Shown in pieces: positions 9,443 to 18,088 of a DNA stretch of 64,000 bases. Origin of the DNA: Deferribacterales bacterium. Its GTDB lineage: Bacteria > Chrysiogenota > Deferribacteres > Deferribacterales > Geovibrionaceae. The notes under the pieces are model-generated. The model was given only the letters and a program-made list of their open reading frames with translations, was not told the origin of the DNA and searched no databases. The stretch spans positions 181,458 to 245,457 of the forward strand of contig JBFWJS010000003.1 of assembly GCA_050253075.1 (NCBI GenBank). The letters are read 5' to 3'. The position numbers were made by a program, and so were the translations under genes. Each line of letters opens with the position of its first letter. Position 1 is the first letter of the stretch.

Positions 9443-10099
9443 TTAGAAATGGATGGAGATGTTCCGCCCGTGGGTTGTTATCTCATTTCGCTCTATCATT
9501 GCTTTTATTATGCGGGAGAGGTTCTCAGGGGTGGTGCCGAGCAGAATTGCCAGCTCGCACTTTGCCACAGGCAGCCTGAAGCTCTTTGAATTTTTCTTTT
9601 CCGCATGCCTCAGCAGGAAATTTTCCAGACGCTGTTTCGTGTCGGACAGCATCAGATCCTCTATATGTGTGATGTAGAACTCAAATTCCTTTTTACATGA
9701 CGCCAGCATATCTTCCAGAACTTCATTGTCGCTGAAGGCGGCCTGTTTCAGCACGTTCTTATCCACGGCGAGCACCTCGCACCTTTCCAGTGCTTCGGCG
9801 GAAAGTATCGTCGGCCCTGTGATGATGCTCTTTGCAAAGGATTCGCCGGGCGAGATATATTTAAATACGACTTCCTTGCCGTCTTCGTTATGCCTGTACA
9901 GCTTTATGAGACCGCTTATCAGGTGGTAGGTGCTGTCCAGGATGTCCCCTTGCGTATAGAGCGTCTCTTTCTTTTTCAGAAAAAACACATTGCTGTTTTT
10001 TTCAATTTTTTCAGCCAGCGAAGGGGCATTCTTACCTATTCTGTGTAAGAGCAGGCTCTCTATCGCATCTTTTTTATTCAAAGTCTTAACACGCGTCAA
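9443..10099 (-). CDS. Crp/Fnr-family regulator (Dnr/HcpR-like, no FNR N-terminal Cys cluster)
   Basis: cNMP-like domain (LYTQGD..LISGLIKLY..DGKEVV..PGESF); HTH ELAILLGTTPENLSRIIK with the E--SR recognition motif; TTG start with AAGGAG RBS. Confidence 0.88.
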   Translation of the reverse strand: MTRVKTLNKKDAIESLLLHRIGKNAPSLAEKIEKNSNVFFLKKKETLYTQGDILDSTYHLISGLIKLYRHNEDGKEVVFKYISPGESFAKSIITGPTILSAEALERCEVLAVDKNVLKQAAFSDNEVLEDMLASCKKEFEFYITHIEDLMLSDTKQRLENFLLRHAEKKNSKSFRLPVAKCELAILLGTTPENLSRIIKAMIERNEITTHGRNISIHF

Positions 10100-10116
10100 T
10101 GTTTTACTCCTTAAAT

Positions 10117-10135
10117 GATGTTAATACTCATTATC
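10117..10135. promoter_or_regulatory. Fur box
   Basis: GATGTTAATACTCATTATC, 15/19 match to GATAATGATAATCATTATC, in the short divergent region upstream of the TonB receptor. Confidence 0.65.
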
Positions 10136-10205
10136 AATAAGTGGACGGCTTGTCAACGAAAACAGGAATAATAATGACTTTATAAATGTTACAGGAGATA
10201 AATTT

Positions 10206-12317
10206 ATGAGAGTACTATTGGCATTGATGATTGTTTTTACATTTTCAGTATCCGTACATGCAGAGAATATCATGCAGGATACCATTTATCTGGATTCTGT
10301 CACGGTGACAGACACGGGCTTCACGGAAGAACAGCTTAAATCCAGCGGATACAGGGTGGATGAAAGCAAGAGGAGCAACAACATCGCAGACTTCCTCGAG
10401 GACGACCCTGAGATAAGCCTTAAGAGGAAAACCGTAATAGGCGACAGCGGAGATGTCCTTACCATCAGGGGGCAGAGCGGACAGAGGATAATGATGAATC
10501 TGGACGGCAGATCGATGAACTCCACAGGTACAAACGGCGGTAACTATATAGATTTCAGCACTATCCCGCTGGACAACATTGAACGCATAGAAGTTATCAA
10601 AGGCGGAAGCAGCGCAGAATACGGCAATAATGCCCTCGGCGGTGTCATAAACGCATATACATATAAGCCCTCATCAAAGCCCAGTATAAACCTGTATGGT
10701 ACACTTGGTAAGTGGGACTGGGACGACGGCTTTTCTAATATACGAGGCAGCTATCTGCAGAAATTCGGCGCAATAGGCTTTAGCCTCTCAGGCAGCTATC
10801 AGGAAGCAGACGAATACCTCTGGAACAACGACTACCGCTCGACCCACTTCGCACCGAAGCTGTATATCGATACGCCCGGCGGAGGCGAGCTCGTACTCGG
10901 ATATGACTATACCAGAACATACCGGGGGCTCATCATAACAAACAGAGCCTCGAACGACCCTGACGACCCGGGGTATGACCAAAAGATAAATGAGGATGCT
11001 CCGCTCTCTCTCGGAGAGGTATTTTCTGGCGGTGCGGGCGGACGTGCCATGAGCGTAATAGGCGAGGGCGCACACTCAAATAAGATAAAGCATATGTACA
11101 ACGCAGCATATACCCATAATATAGGCGACAATGCCTTTGTCGAGTTCTCCGCATTTATGAACAAAGAGGATAGAGAGGATAAGAACTACGCAGATTCCAC
11201 ATTCGGCGGTGTGCAGGAGGGCGACCTTGTTCTCGACAGAACAGTAGAAGTAGACCGCAGCTACGGCTTTAAGGCGAAGAGCGAGATCAACCTTGAGAAG
11301 CACCACATAATCTTAGGCGCAGAGCAGAAGAATATGAAAGCAGGCGCAATAGACGTTGACTATGTAGCCTCAGGTCCGTGGCAGGGCGGTATCTCCAGCT
11401 CGGATTCCGACCCTGAGATAGAGAACATCGGCGTCTTTTTATCAGACACATGGGCGATAAATAATAAGCTCAGTATAGACGCAGGTCTCAGATACGACGA
11501 CTATGAAGCGGGACAGGATAAAACTATAAACGGAGTCCCCGGTCGTAAAACATATGAGGAAGACAGCCTGACACCGAAACTGGGAGCGACATACGCTTTC
11601 ACAGACAGAGACAAACTGGGCGTATATGTCTATCAGAGCTACAGAACTCCGACCATCCCCGAGATGAACCACTACGGCGACGCTCTCTCCATAGCGGCGC
11701 TGGAGGATGAGTCTCTGAAAGCGGAAAAAGCGAATGCCATAGATATGGCTTATAAGCACACATTCGCAGACAGGTCAGGATATGTGAAGCTGTCGGCATT
11801 CTATTACGACATAAAAGACTATCTGCTGATGGGCACAAACCCCGATACGAATATGGGGCGTATAACGTATAACATCGACAACGCAGTCTTCAAGGGGGTC
11901 AGCACGGCTGTCAGCTATAATGTATCCCCTAAGGTGACAGTGAACGCAGGTGCCGCATATCAAAAGACCAAAAAGAAGGGCGACCCTGTGACAGAATCAT
12001 ACGTTGGCTATACCTCAGACGAGGTGGACTATGTACCAGATGTCAAAGCTAATGCAGGGGTGGTGTGGAGGATAAGCGACAAGCTGACTCTGGACACTGA
12101 GCTGAGCTATGTGGGTGAGCGTAAATATTTCTACTACGGGAAATCACGTGACCTCGACCCATACGTGCTGGCGGATGCAAGCATAAGCTGGGAAGTGCTG
12201 AAGAATACTACCGTCGAGTTCTATCTCGATAACATATTTGATAAAGAATACGAAGAACAGTACGGATATCCTTCACTGGGGATAAACGGAGGAGTGAGCG
12301 TTAAATGGAAACTGTGA
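10206..12317 (+). CDS. TonB-dependent outer-membrane receptor
   Basis: Signal peptide; TonB-box-like DSVTVT; plug (TIRG..LDGR..IERIEVIKGGSSAEYG..ALGGVIN); beta-barrel ending DNIFDKEY..SVKWKL. Confidence 0.93.
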   Translation: MRVLLALMIVFTFSVSVHAENIMQDTIYLDSVTVTDTGFTEEQLKSSGYRVDESKRSNNIADFLEDDPEISLKRKTVIGDSGDVLTIRGQSGQRIMMNLDGRSMNSTGTNGGNYIDFSTIPLDNIERIEVIKGGSSAEYGNNALGGVINAYTYKPSSKPSINLYGTLGKWDWDDGFSNIRGSYLQKFGAIGFSLSGSYQEADEYLWNNDYRSTHFAPKLYIDTPGGGELVLGYDYTRTYRGLIITNRASNDPDDPGYDQKINEDAPLSLGEVFSGGAGGRAMSVIGEGAHSNKIKHMYNAAYTHNIGDNAFVEFSAFMNKEDREDKNYADSTFGGVQEGDLVLDRTVEVDRSYGFKAKSEINLEKHHIILGAEQKNMKAGAIDVDYVASGPWQGGISSSDSDPEIENIGVFLSDTWAINNKLSIDAGLRYDDYEAGQDKTINGVPGRKTYEEDSLTPKLGATYAFTDRDKLGVYVYQSYRTPTIPEMNHYGDALSIAALEDESLKAEKANAIDMAYKHTFADRSGYVKLSAFYYDIKDYLLMGTNPDTNMGRITYNIDNAVFKGVSTAVSYNVSPKVTVNAGAAYQKTKKKGDPVTESYVGYTSDEVDYVPDVKANAGVVWRISDKLTLDTELSYVGERKYFYYGKSRDLDPYVLADASISWEVLKNTTVEFYLDNIFDKEYEEQYGYPSLGINGGVSVKWKL

Positions 12318-13057
12318 CAAAGAGCGAAAAGATGTGGGATAAAAAAGCAGAATCTTATCCAAGATATAACCCTTCGAAAGACACTTTCGAAGCGAAAATA
12401 ATAGAGATGATAAAAGAGCGTGGGGTTCCCCTCAGCGGCAGCAGCATTCTCGATGTCGGTTGCGGGAGCGGTAAATTCAGCATAGCACTGGCGAAAGAGT
12501 GCGGCTCGCTCCACGGCATAGATATCTCGGGCGTCATGCTCCGCATACTTCAGGAGGATGCCCTTGCCGAAGGCGTGGATAACATCACCACGGAGAAGAC
12601 AGGCTGGGAAGAATTCGAAGGGAAGGGCGACACATACGACATAGTATTTTGCTCCACAACCCCCGCCGTGCGAGAGCCCGAGGCGTATCAGGCGGTGCAC
12701 GGCATGGCACGTAAAGCTGTGGTATACCTCGGCTGGGCAGGCCGTAAGGAGTCTGATGTCTCAATAGCTGCGTGTAGGCATTTCGGCATAGAGCAGAAAG
12801 ATTTCAACGATACCACCGACCTGAAAAAATGGCTGGACGAGCAGGGGATAGAGTATCAGGCAGACGTGATAGAGAACGAATTCAGCAGGACAGAGCCCGT
12901 GTCCGGTGCTGTGGAGACCATCCGCGGTACCGTGGGCTATATGGGTATAAAAGCGACCGAGCAGGATATCGAAGCCATACTGAAAGGGATGGTCAAAGAC
13001 GGCGAGGTGACAGACAGGCACTATTTCAGAAGAGAGCTGATAATATGGGGAAAATGA
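12305..13057 (+). CDS. Class I SAM-dependent methyltransferase
   Basis: Motif I ILDVGCGSG, GIDIS..ML, YDIVF; overlaps both neighbours. Confidence 0.9.
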   Translation: METVTKSEKMWDKKAESYPRYNPSKDTFEAKIIEMIKERGVPLSGSSILDVGCGSGKFSIALAKECGSLHGIDISGVMLRILQEDALAEGVDNITTEKTGWEEFEGKGDTYDIVFCSTTPAVREPEAYQAVHGMARKAVVYLGWAGRKESDVSIAACRHFGIEQKDFNDTTDLKKWLDEQGIEYQADVIENEFSRTEPVSGAVETIRGTVGYMGIKATEQDIEAILKGMVKDGEVTDRHYFRRELIIWGK

Positions 13058-14124
13058 GGCTGATCCTCTTTATGGCTGTCTTTATGTCTGCCCTTTCGGG
13101 GTGGGCATACGAGGTGACAGACCTCCTGGGGCGAAAGGTGAATATACCAGACGAAGGGGTAAACCGCATCGTCCCGCTGAAGAGCACTAGCGGACTGATA
13201 TCATTCCTCGGAGCACAGGCGGATGTCGTCGGCATAGAAAAGGTGGATGTGGCATATTCAGAGCGCAGACCCTTCACTATCGCTTCGTATAAATATTACA
13301 AAGACCTGCCGATAGTCAGCGAAGGCGGAGCAACGGGCAAGCCAGCCCATGAGATTATAGTCTCTCTGAAGCCTGATGTCGTATTTATGATATCGACAGA
13401 TGCCGCAGAGGCAGACATGCTGGAGAGGAAGATACGTAAGCCTGTCGTGGTGCTGAGCTACGGCACGGCAGAGACAGACTTCGAGAGCATATATGAATCC
13501 CTCCGTCTGGCAGGGAGGATACTCGGCAGATCGGAAAGGGCGGATGAGCTGATTGAATATATGAAAAAGCTTCAGTCTGAGCTGTGGTATGCGCCCGATG
13601 AAAAGGCGAAGGCATACATCGGCGGTGTTGCCTATAAGGGTATCCGAGGGCTGGACAGCACAGAGGGCGAGTTTGTCCCCTTTGATCTGGCGCATGTAGA
13701 GAATATGGCAGATAAGATGGGGCGGAAAGGGCATATGTTCCTGCAAAAGGAATATCTGTCTCTGTTAAATCCGCCGCTGATATTCATAGACTCCGCAGGC
13801 TTTGAGGTTGTGTCCGAACAGAGCAGAAAGGAACAGAGATACTATAAACGCTTTAAAGCATTCAAAGAGGACAGGGTGTACCTGCTCCCTCCGAATAATA
13901 CATTTTACAGAAACATCGATCTGATGCTTGCCAATGCGTTCTTCATAGCAAAGGCAGCCTATCCGGAGCAGTATAAAGAGCTCGACCCTTTTGCGAAGGC
14001 GGACGAGATAATAAAGACCTTTACCGGTGAGGCTCTCTACGGTGCTATGGCGGATGAGTTCGGCGGGTTTAAAAAGGTCAGGCTGACAGACGACGGGCTG
14101 ACTCTGGGGGATGCCGGTCTATGA
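13054..14124 (+). CDS. Periplasmic binding protein of an iron-chelate/cobalamin-type ABC transporter
   Basis: Signal peptide MRLILFMAVFMSALSGWA, VTDLLGRKV, EIIVSLKPDVV; ATGA overlap with the methyltransferase stop; the track start at 12829 is over-extended. Confidence 0.88.
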   Translation: MRLILFMAVFMSALSGWAYEVTDLLGRKVNIPDEGVNRIVPLKSTSGLISFLGAQADVVGIEKVDVAYSERRPFTIASYKYYKDLPIVSEGGATGKPAHEIIVSLKPDVVFMISTDAAEADMLERKIRKPVVVLSYGTAETDFESIYESLRLAGRILGRSERADELIEYMKKLQSELWYAPDEKAKAYIGGVAYKGIRGLDSTEGEFVPFDLAHVENMADKMGRKGHMFLQKEYLSLLNPPLIFIDSAGFEVVSEQSRKEQRYYKRFKAFKEDRVYLLPPNNTFYRNIDLMLANAFFIAKAAYPEQYKELDPFAKADEIIKTFTGEALYGAMADEFGGFKKVRLTDDGLTLGDAGL

Positions 14125-15149
14125 GACAACAGGTTATTTTCTGGAGCGTGATGCTGTTTCTGCTGGCGGCATTCGTTTTAATGGGGGCAAAGCACGGGGC
14201 TGTGGAAAACAGCTGGGGCGACACCGTCAGAGCATTTTTAATGACGGGCGACGATGAGGATCTGGAATATTTCCTCTGGCATCTGCGTATGCCGAAGATA
14301 GTAGCGGCGCTTGCCGTCGGCGGTGCGCTGGCTGTCAGCGGTGTGATACTGCAGAACATCCTGAACAACCCGCTTGCTTCGTCTTTCACACTTGGACTTT
14401 CACAGGGTGCCTCATTCGGGGCGACCTTTTCGATAATAATGCTGGGGGCGGGCTTTTCGGGCGGCGGATTCATGCTGGGCAATCTGGGCGTGGTGGCTTT
14501 CGGAGCTTTCCTCGGTGCGCTTCTTTCCGCCGTGATAATTCTGCTGTTCTCCTTTGTCAGGGGGATGACACCGCAGGGGTTGATACTCGTTGGTGTTGCC
14601 ATGTCTGCTTTCTTCAGCGCATGTACCATGCTTATGCAGTATTTCTCCACGGATTCGGAGCTGGCTGCTGCCGTCTTCTGGACATTCGGAGACCTCAGCA
14701 AGGGCGCATGGTCAGAGGCTGTCACTGTATTTATCGTATTGCTCGTCGGGCTTGCCTTTGCCGTCAGGTACAGCTGGGACTACAACGCTCTGCAGTGGGG
14801 CGATATGCATGCAGTGGGGCTGGGTGTGGATGCTAAGAGGATAAGGGTGTATTCGCTGATAATGACATCATTTATGGCTGCGTTTGCAACTGCTTATTAC
14901 GGCATAATAGGCTTCGTGGGGCTGATAGCTCCGCATATGGTGAGGATGACGTTCAGACACGTGAATCACGGTTTTCTCATACCTGCCTCTGCTGTTCTGG
15001 GCGGTGTTTTCCTTTTGGGTGCGGACACGCTTGCACAGATGCTCTTTTTCCCTTTATCGCTCCCCGTGGGCGTGATAACAGCATTCGCCGGTGTTCCTAT
15101 GTTTCTTTTTATACTGATGAAGAGGTCGCTGCAGCATGGTAAGAGCTGA
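14121..15149 (+). CDS. FecCD/BtuC-family ABC permease
   Basis: LRMPKI..GGALAVSG.ILQ.ILNNPLA, GIIGFVGLIAPH, LPVGVITAF.GVP. Confidence 0.93.
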   Translation: MRQQVIFWSVMLFLLAAFVLMGAKHGAVENSWGDTVRAFLMTGDDEDLEYFLWHLRMPKIVAALAVGGALAVSGVILQNILNNPLASSFTLGLSQGASFGATFSIIMLGAGFSGGGFMLGNLGVVAFGAFLGALLSAVIILLFSFVRGMTPQGLILVGVAMSAFFSACTMLMQYFSTDSELAAAVFWTFGDLSKGAWSEAVTVFIVLLVGLAFAVRYSWDYNALQWGDMHAVGLGVDAKRIRVYSLIMTSFMAAFATAYYGIIGFVGLIAPHMVRMTFRHVNHGFLIPASAVLGGVFLLGADTLAQMLFFPLSLPVGVITAFAGVPMFLFILMKRSLQHGKS

Positions 15150-15885
15150 TAATATAACATTCAAACTCAAAAGCGGACGGAAGATATTAGACAATGTGAG
15201 CTTTGCTCTCGAGAGCTCAGAGATATGCGCCGTGATAGGTCCGAACGGTGCGGGGAAGAGCACGCTTATGAAGGTGCTGAACGGGATAATTATGCCATCG
15301 GAAGGAGTTGTGAGGATAGGCAGCCAAAAGCTGAACGGGCTGAAAAGGAGCGAAATAGCTAAGATGATAGCCTTCCTCCCTCAGACAACCCATGCTGTCC
15401 CCTGCCGTGTGTATGACTCTGTGCTTTTGGGGCGGAAGCCGTATATGAGCTGGAACCCAAAGGAACGTGATCATTCTATGGCTGAGGATGTGATGAGCGA
15501 ATTCGGCATATGTGAAATGCGTGATAAGTGCGTGACAGAGCTTTCCGGCGGAGAATTTCAAAAGACGCTGATAGCAAGGGCTATGGTGCAGAACGCAGAT
15601 ATACTTATGCTGGACGAACCGATAAACCATCTGGATGTGAAGAATCAGGTGGACATAATGAACATAGCACAGTCTGTCACAAAACGCCGTAATCTGGCGA
15701 CAATGATAGTGATGCATGATCTGAATCTGGCTATGCGTTATGCGGATAAGATACTGCTGATGAACAACGGAAAGGTTGTCCACTGGGGGCGGAAGGAAGA
15801 CCTGTCCGAAGAGCACCTGTCGGGCGCATTCGGTATAGATATCTCTGTCCACAGGCTGAACGATAAAAGTGTCGTGCTTTTTTAA
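15136..15885 (+). CDS. ABC transporter ATP-binding protein (FecE/BtuD-like)
   Basis: Walker A GPNGAGKS, LSGGE, LMLDEP, MHDLN. Confidence 0.95.
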   Translation: MVRADNITFKLKSGRKILDNVSFALESSEICAVIGPNGAGKSTLMKVLNGIIMPSEGVVRIGSQKLNGLKRSEIAKMIAFLPQTTHAVPCRVYDSVLLGRKPYMSWNPKERDHSMAEDVMSEFGICEMRDKCVTELSGGEFQKTLIARAMVQNADILMLDEPINHLDVKNQVDIMNIAQSVTKRRNLATMIVMHDLNLAMRYADKILLMNNGKVVHWGRKEDLSEEHLSGAFGIDISVHRLNDKSVVLF

Positions 15886-16134
15886 AGCAGACACAGCCTC
15901 CGCATCATTCTTCTCTGCGGAGTATGATCTGTTTTATCTCTGGCGGAACGAACAGTCTGAATGAGAAGCCTGCCCAGATACCTGTGCCTGCATTAAAAAG
16001 CGGAAGGCTTCCGGTACGTCTGTCATGGCTTTGCGAATGATACATACTCATAATGCACGTTTCGGCGGTAAAGCGTTATACGGTTCCTGAGTGATACTTG
16101 GCTGATACTGCATATCAACAAATTTAGGTTTTCT

Positions 16135-16197
16135 GCATTTATAGGCAAGAATATTGTAAGAATTGGCTATTACTTTTTTTGTAAATGTACATATTAT
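16135..16197 (+). promoter_or_regulatory. Candidate AraC-type activator site plus -10 hexamer for the MFS gene
   Basis: GCATTTATAGGCAAGAATATTGTAAGAATTG (18/31 identical to 8092-8122, ungapped), 26 nt, then TATTAT. Confidence 0.45.
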
Positions 16198-16248
16198 AAC
16201 CCATAGTGATTTTCTAATTTTATTCACTTTTCTTCGGAGTAAAATCTA

Positions 16249-17451
16249 ATGCCTCGGAACGAATTCATAAATGCAAAAGGCAGTTTGCGACTTTTGCTTA
16301 TCCTTAGCCTTCTTATGGGCTTTGCTTCACTTTCCACAGACGTATATCTCCCCGCTATGCCCGCAATGCAGCAGGCACTGGGTGTCAGCCCGGGTATGAT
16401 AGAGTTCACTGTTTCAGGGTATCTCATCGGCTTCAGTATCGGTCAGTTATTCTGGGGGCCGATAAGCGACAGATACGGACGGCGAAAGCCTGTTATCATC
16501 GGGCTGGTGCTGTTTATCATCGGTTCTGCCGGTTGTGCTATGTCGGGGGATATTATCACCATGATAGCATGGCGTGTAGTTCAGGCACTCGGAGCATGTG
16601 CCAGTGTGGCTCTGTCCCGAGCGATGGTTCGGGATATATACAGCGGAAGTGAGGCGGCGAGAATGATGTCTGTGCTGATATCCGTGATGGCTATCGCACC
16701 CCTCGTAGGTCCATTCATCGGCGGGCAGGTACTGCTCTTTTCAGGATGGAGGATGATATTCTGGGGGCTGGTGGTTCTCGGTGCTCTGACGCTGGCGTCT
16801 ATGTTCACCATACAGGAGACGCTCCCTGCGGAAAGGCGTGATACCGACACATCGATCTTTAGCTCCATACTAAACTATTTTAAGCTGATAAAGCACCGCA
16901 GTATCCTTGCATATGCGGGTGCCAGCGGCTTTTTCTATTGCTCGATATTTGCCTATGTGGCGGGCAGTCCGTTTGCATACATAGACTATCATCATCTGAA
17001 ACCACAGTATTACGGCATATTATTCGGCATAAATACTCTGGGCATCATGCTCAGCAACCTTTTGAATAATAAGGTCGTGACCAGATTCGGCCTTAAGAAG
17101 ATTATCGTATTCGGAGGTGTATGCTCAACTGTTGCGGGTATTGTGCTTGTGCTGAATGCGTTGTCTGATTTCGGCGGTCTTGCAGGGCTTGCCATACCTC
17201 TCTTTGTGCTGGTCAGCATGAACGGCTTCATCGTGGCAAACTCCATAGCCGGCGCTCTGGAGGACTTTCCTCATAATGCAGGTGCCGTGTCGGCGCTGAT
17301 AGGCATGATACAGTACGGCAGCGGTATAGCAGGTACGGGCATAACGGGTCTGCTGGCTGACGGCACTCCTCTGCCTATGGCAGGTGTTATGGGTGTTTCG
17401 GGCGTCTTTATACTCGTTTTCGCACTGCTCATACCAAAGAGGGCGGATTAG
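16249..17451 (+). CDS. Bcr/CflA-family multidrug efflux MFS transporter
   Basis: STDVYLPAMP, GQLFWGPISDRYGRRKP, RAMVRD, IAPLVGP.IGG; about 12 hydrophobic segments. Confidence 0.92.
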   Translation: MPRNEFINAKGSLRLLLILSLLMGFASLSTDVYLPAMPAMQQALGVSPGMIEFTVSGYLIGFSIGQLFWGPISDRYGRRKPVIIGLVLFIIGSAGCAMSGDIITMIAWRVVQALGACASVALSRAMVRDIYSGSEAARMMSVLISVMAIAPLVGPFIGGQVLLFSGWRMIFWGLVVLGALTLASMFTIQETLPAERRDTDTSIFSSILNYFKLIKHRSILAYAGASGFFYCSIFAYVAGSPFAYIDYHHLKPQYYGILFGINTLGIMLSNLLNNKVVTRFGLKKIIVFGGVCSTVAGIVLVLNALSDFGGLAGLAIPLFVLVSMNGFIVANSIAGALEDFPHNAGAVSALIGMIQYGSGIAGTGITGLLADGTPLPMAGVMGVSGVFILVFALLIPKRAD

Positions 17452-18088
17452 TCTCTACTGCTTTACTTCAATAAAATACACTTCGTACCTTTTCAAAAAT
17501 GCTGAAGTTATTTAACATTATTTAACTAATAGTTTACAAAATCAAACCTGTTCTTATGCCCTCTATAGTTCATGGAGAGCTTTTGATTTGGGTGTATTTC
17601 ATGTGTTTTGCATCAATAATATATAACCTAAATGCATTAATTTTACACAAAAAACATATTAACCTGAGTGCATGGAAGTATAGTCTGTGGTTATAAGTGG
17701 TTGTGCTTTGAATGTGATTTGCACATAAATTTTCTTTTATATTAATTATTTGAAATTTTATGACGAAAAAAGTATCAATTTGAAAACTTATCTCCCATAT
17801 GATGATTGATATATAAATTTTTATTATAATTGCGGTTCGCTAAATGGTTGCATTCTTTGAGGATTTCACCATATGAACTTATAATATAAAGGTATTAAAA
17901 ATGATTTATTTATGCGAAAAGGTAAAATTCACTATTAATCTTAGTTAAAAATCTGTAGTATTACACACGTTCTATTTTATTAATTATTAGCGGCGTTTTT
18001 TTATCAATTAATACACCCAATTAAACAACGAACAAAAAATATATGTATGTCTATGGCATAGATGCTGAAAATCTATGGAGGAATAGCT

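Noticed and set aside
12829..13053. N-terminal extension of the ABC binding-protein ORF
   Set aside because: It overlaps the methyltransferase in another frame; the signal peptide and ATGA coupling indicate a start at 13054.
15886..16130. Intergenic stretch checked for a riboswitch (CGCAAAGC on the minus strand), pseudogene or small ORF
   Set aside because: The rest of the c-di-GMP-I motif is absent, and the ~48-aa minus-strand ORF has no recognisable similarity.
18054..18068. Sigma54-like TGGCAT-N5-CTGA
   Set aside because: The -12 element is GA rather than GC, and the implied start site would fall inside the RBS.
17452..18088. Long AT-rich region upstream of the adhesin, checked for a riboswitch, CRISPR array or IS ends
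   Set aside because: No regular repeats, terminal inverted repeats or recognisable aptamer; most likely a regulatory region.
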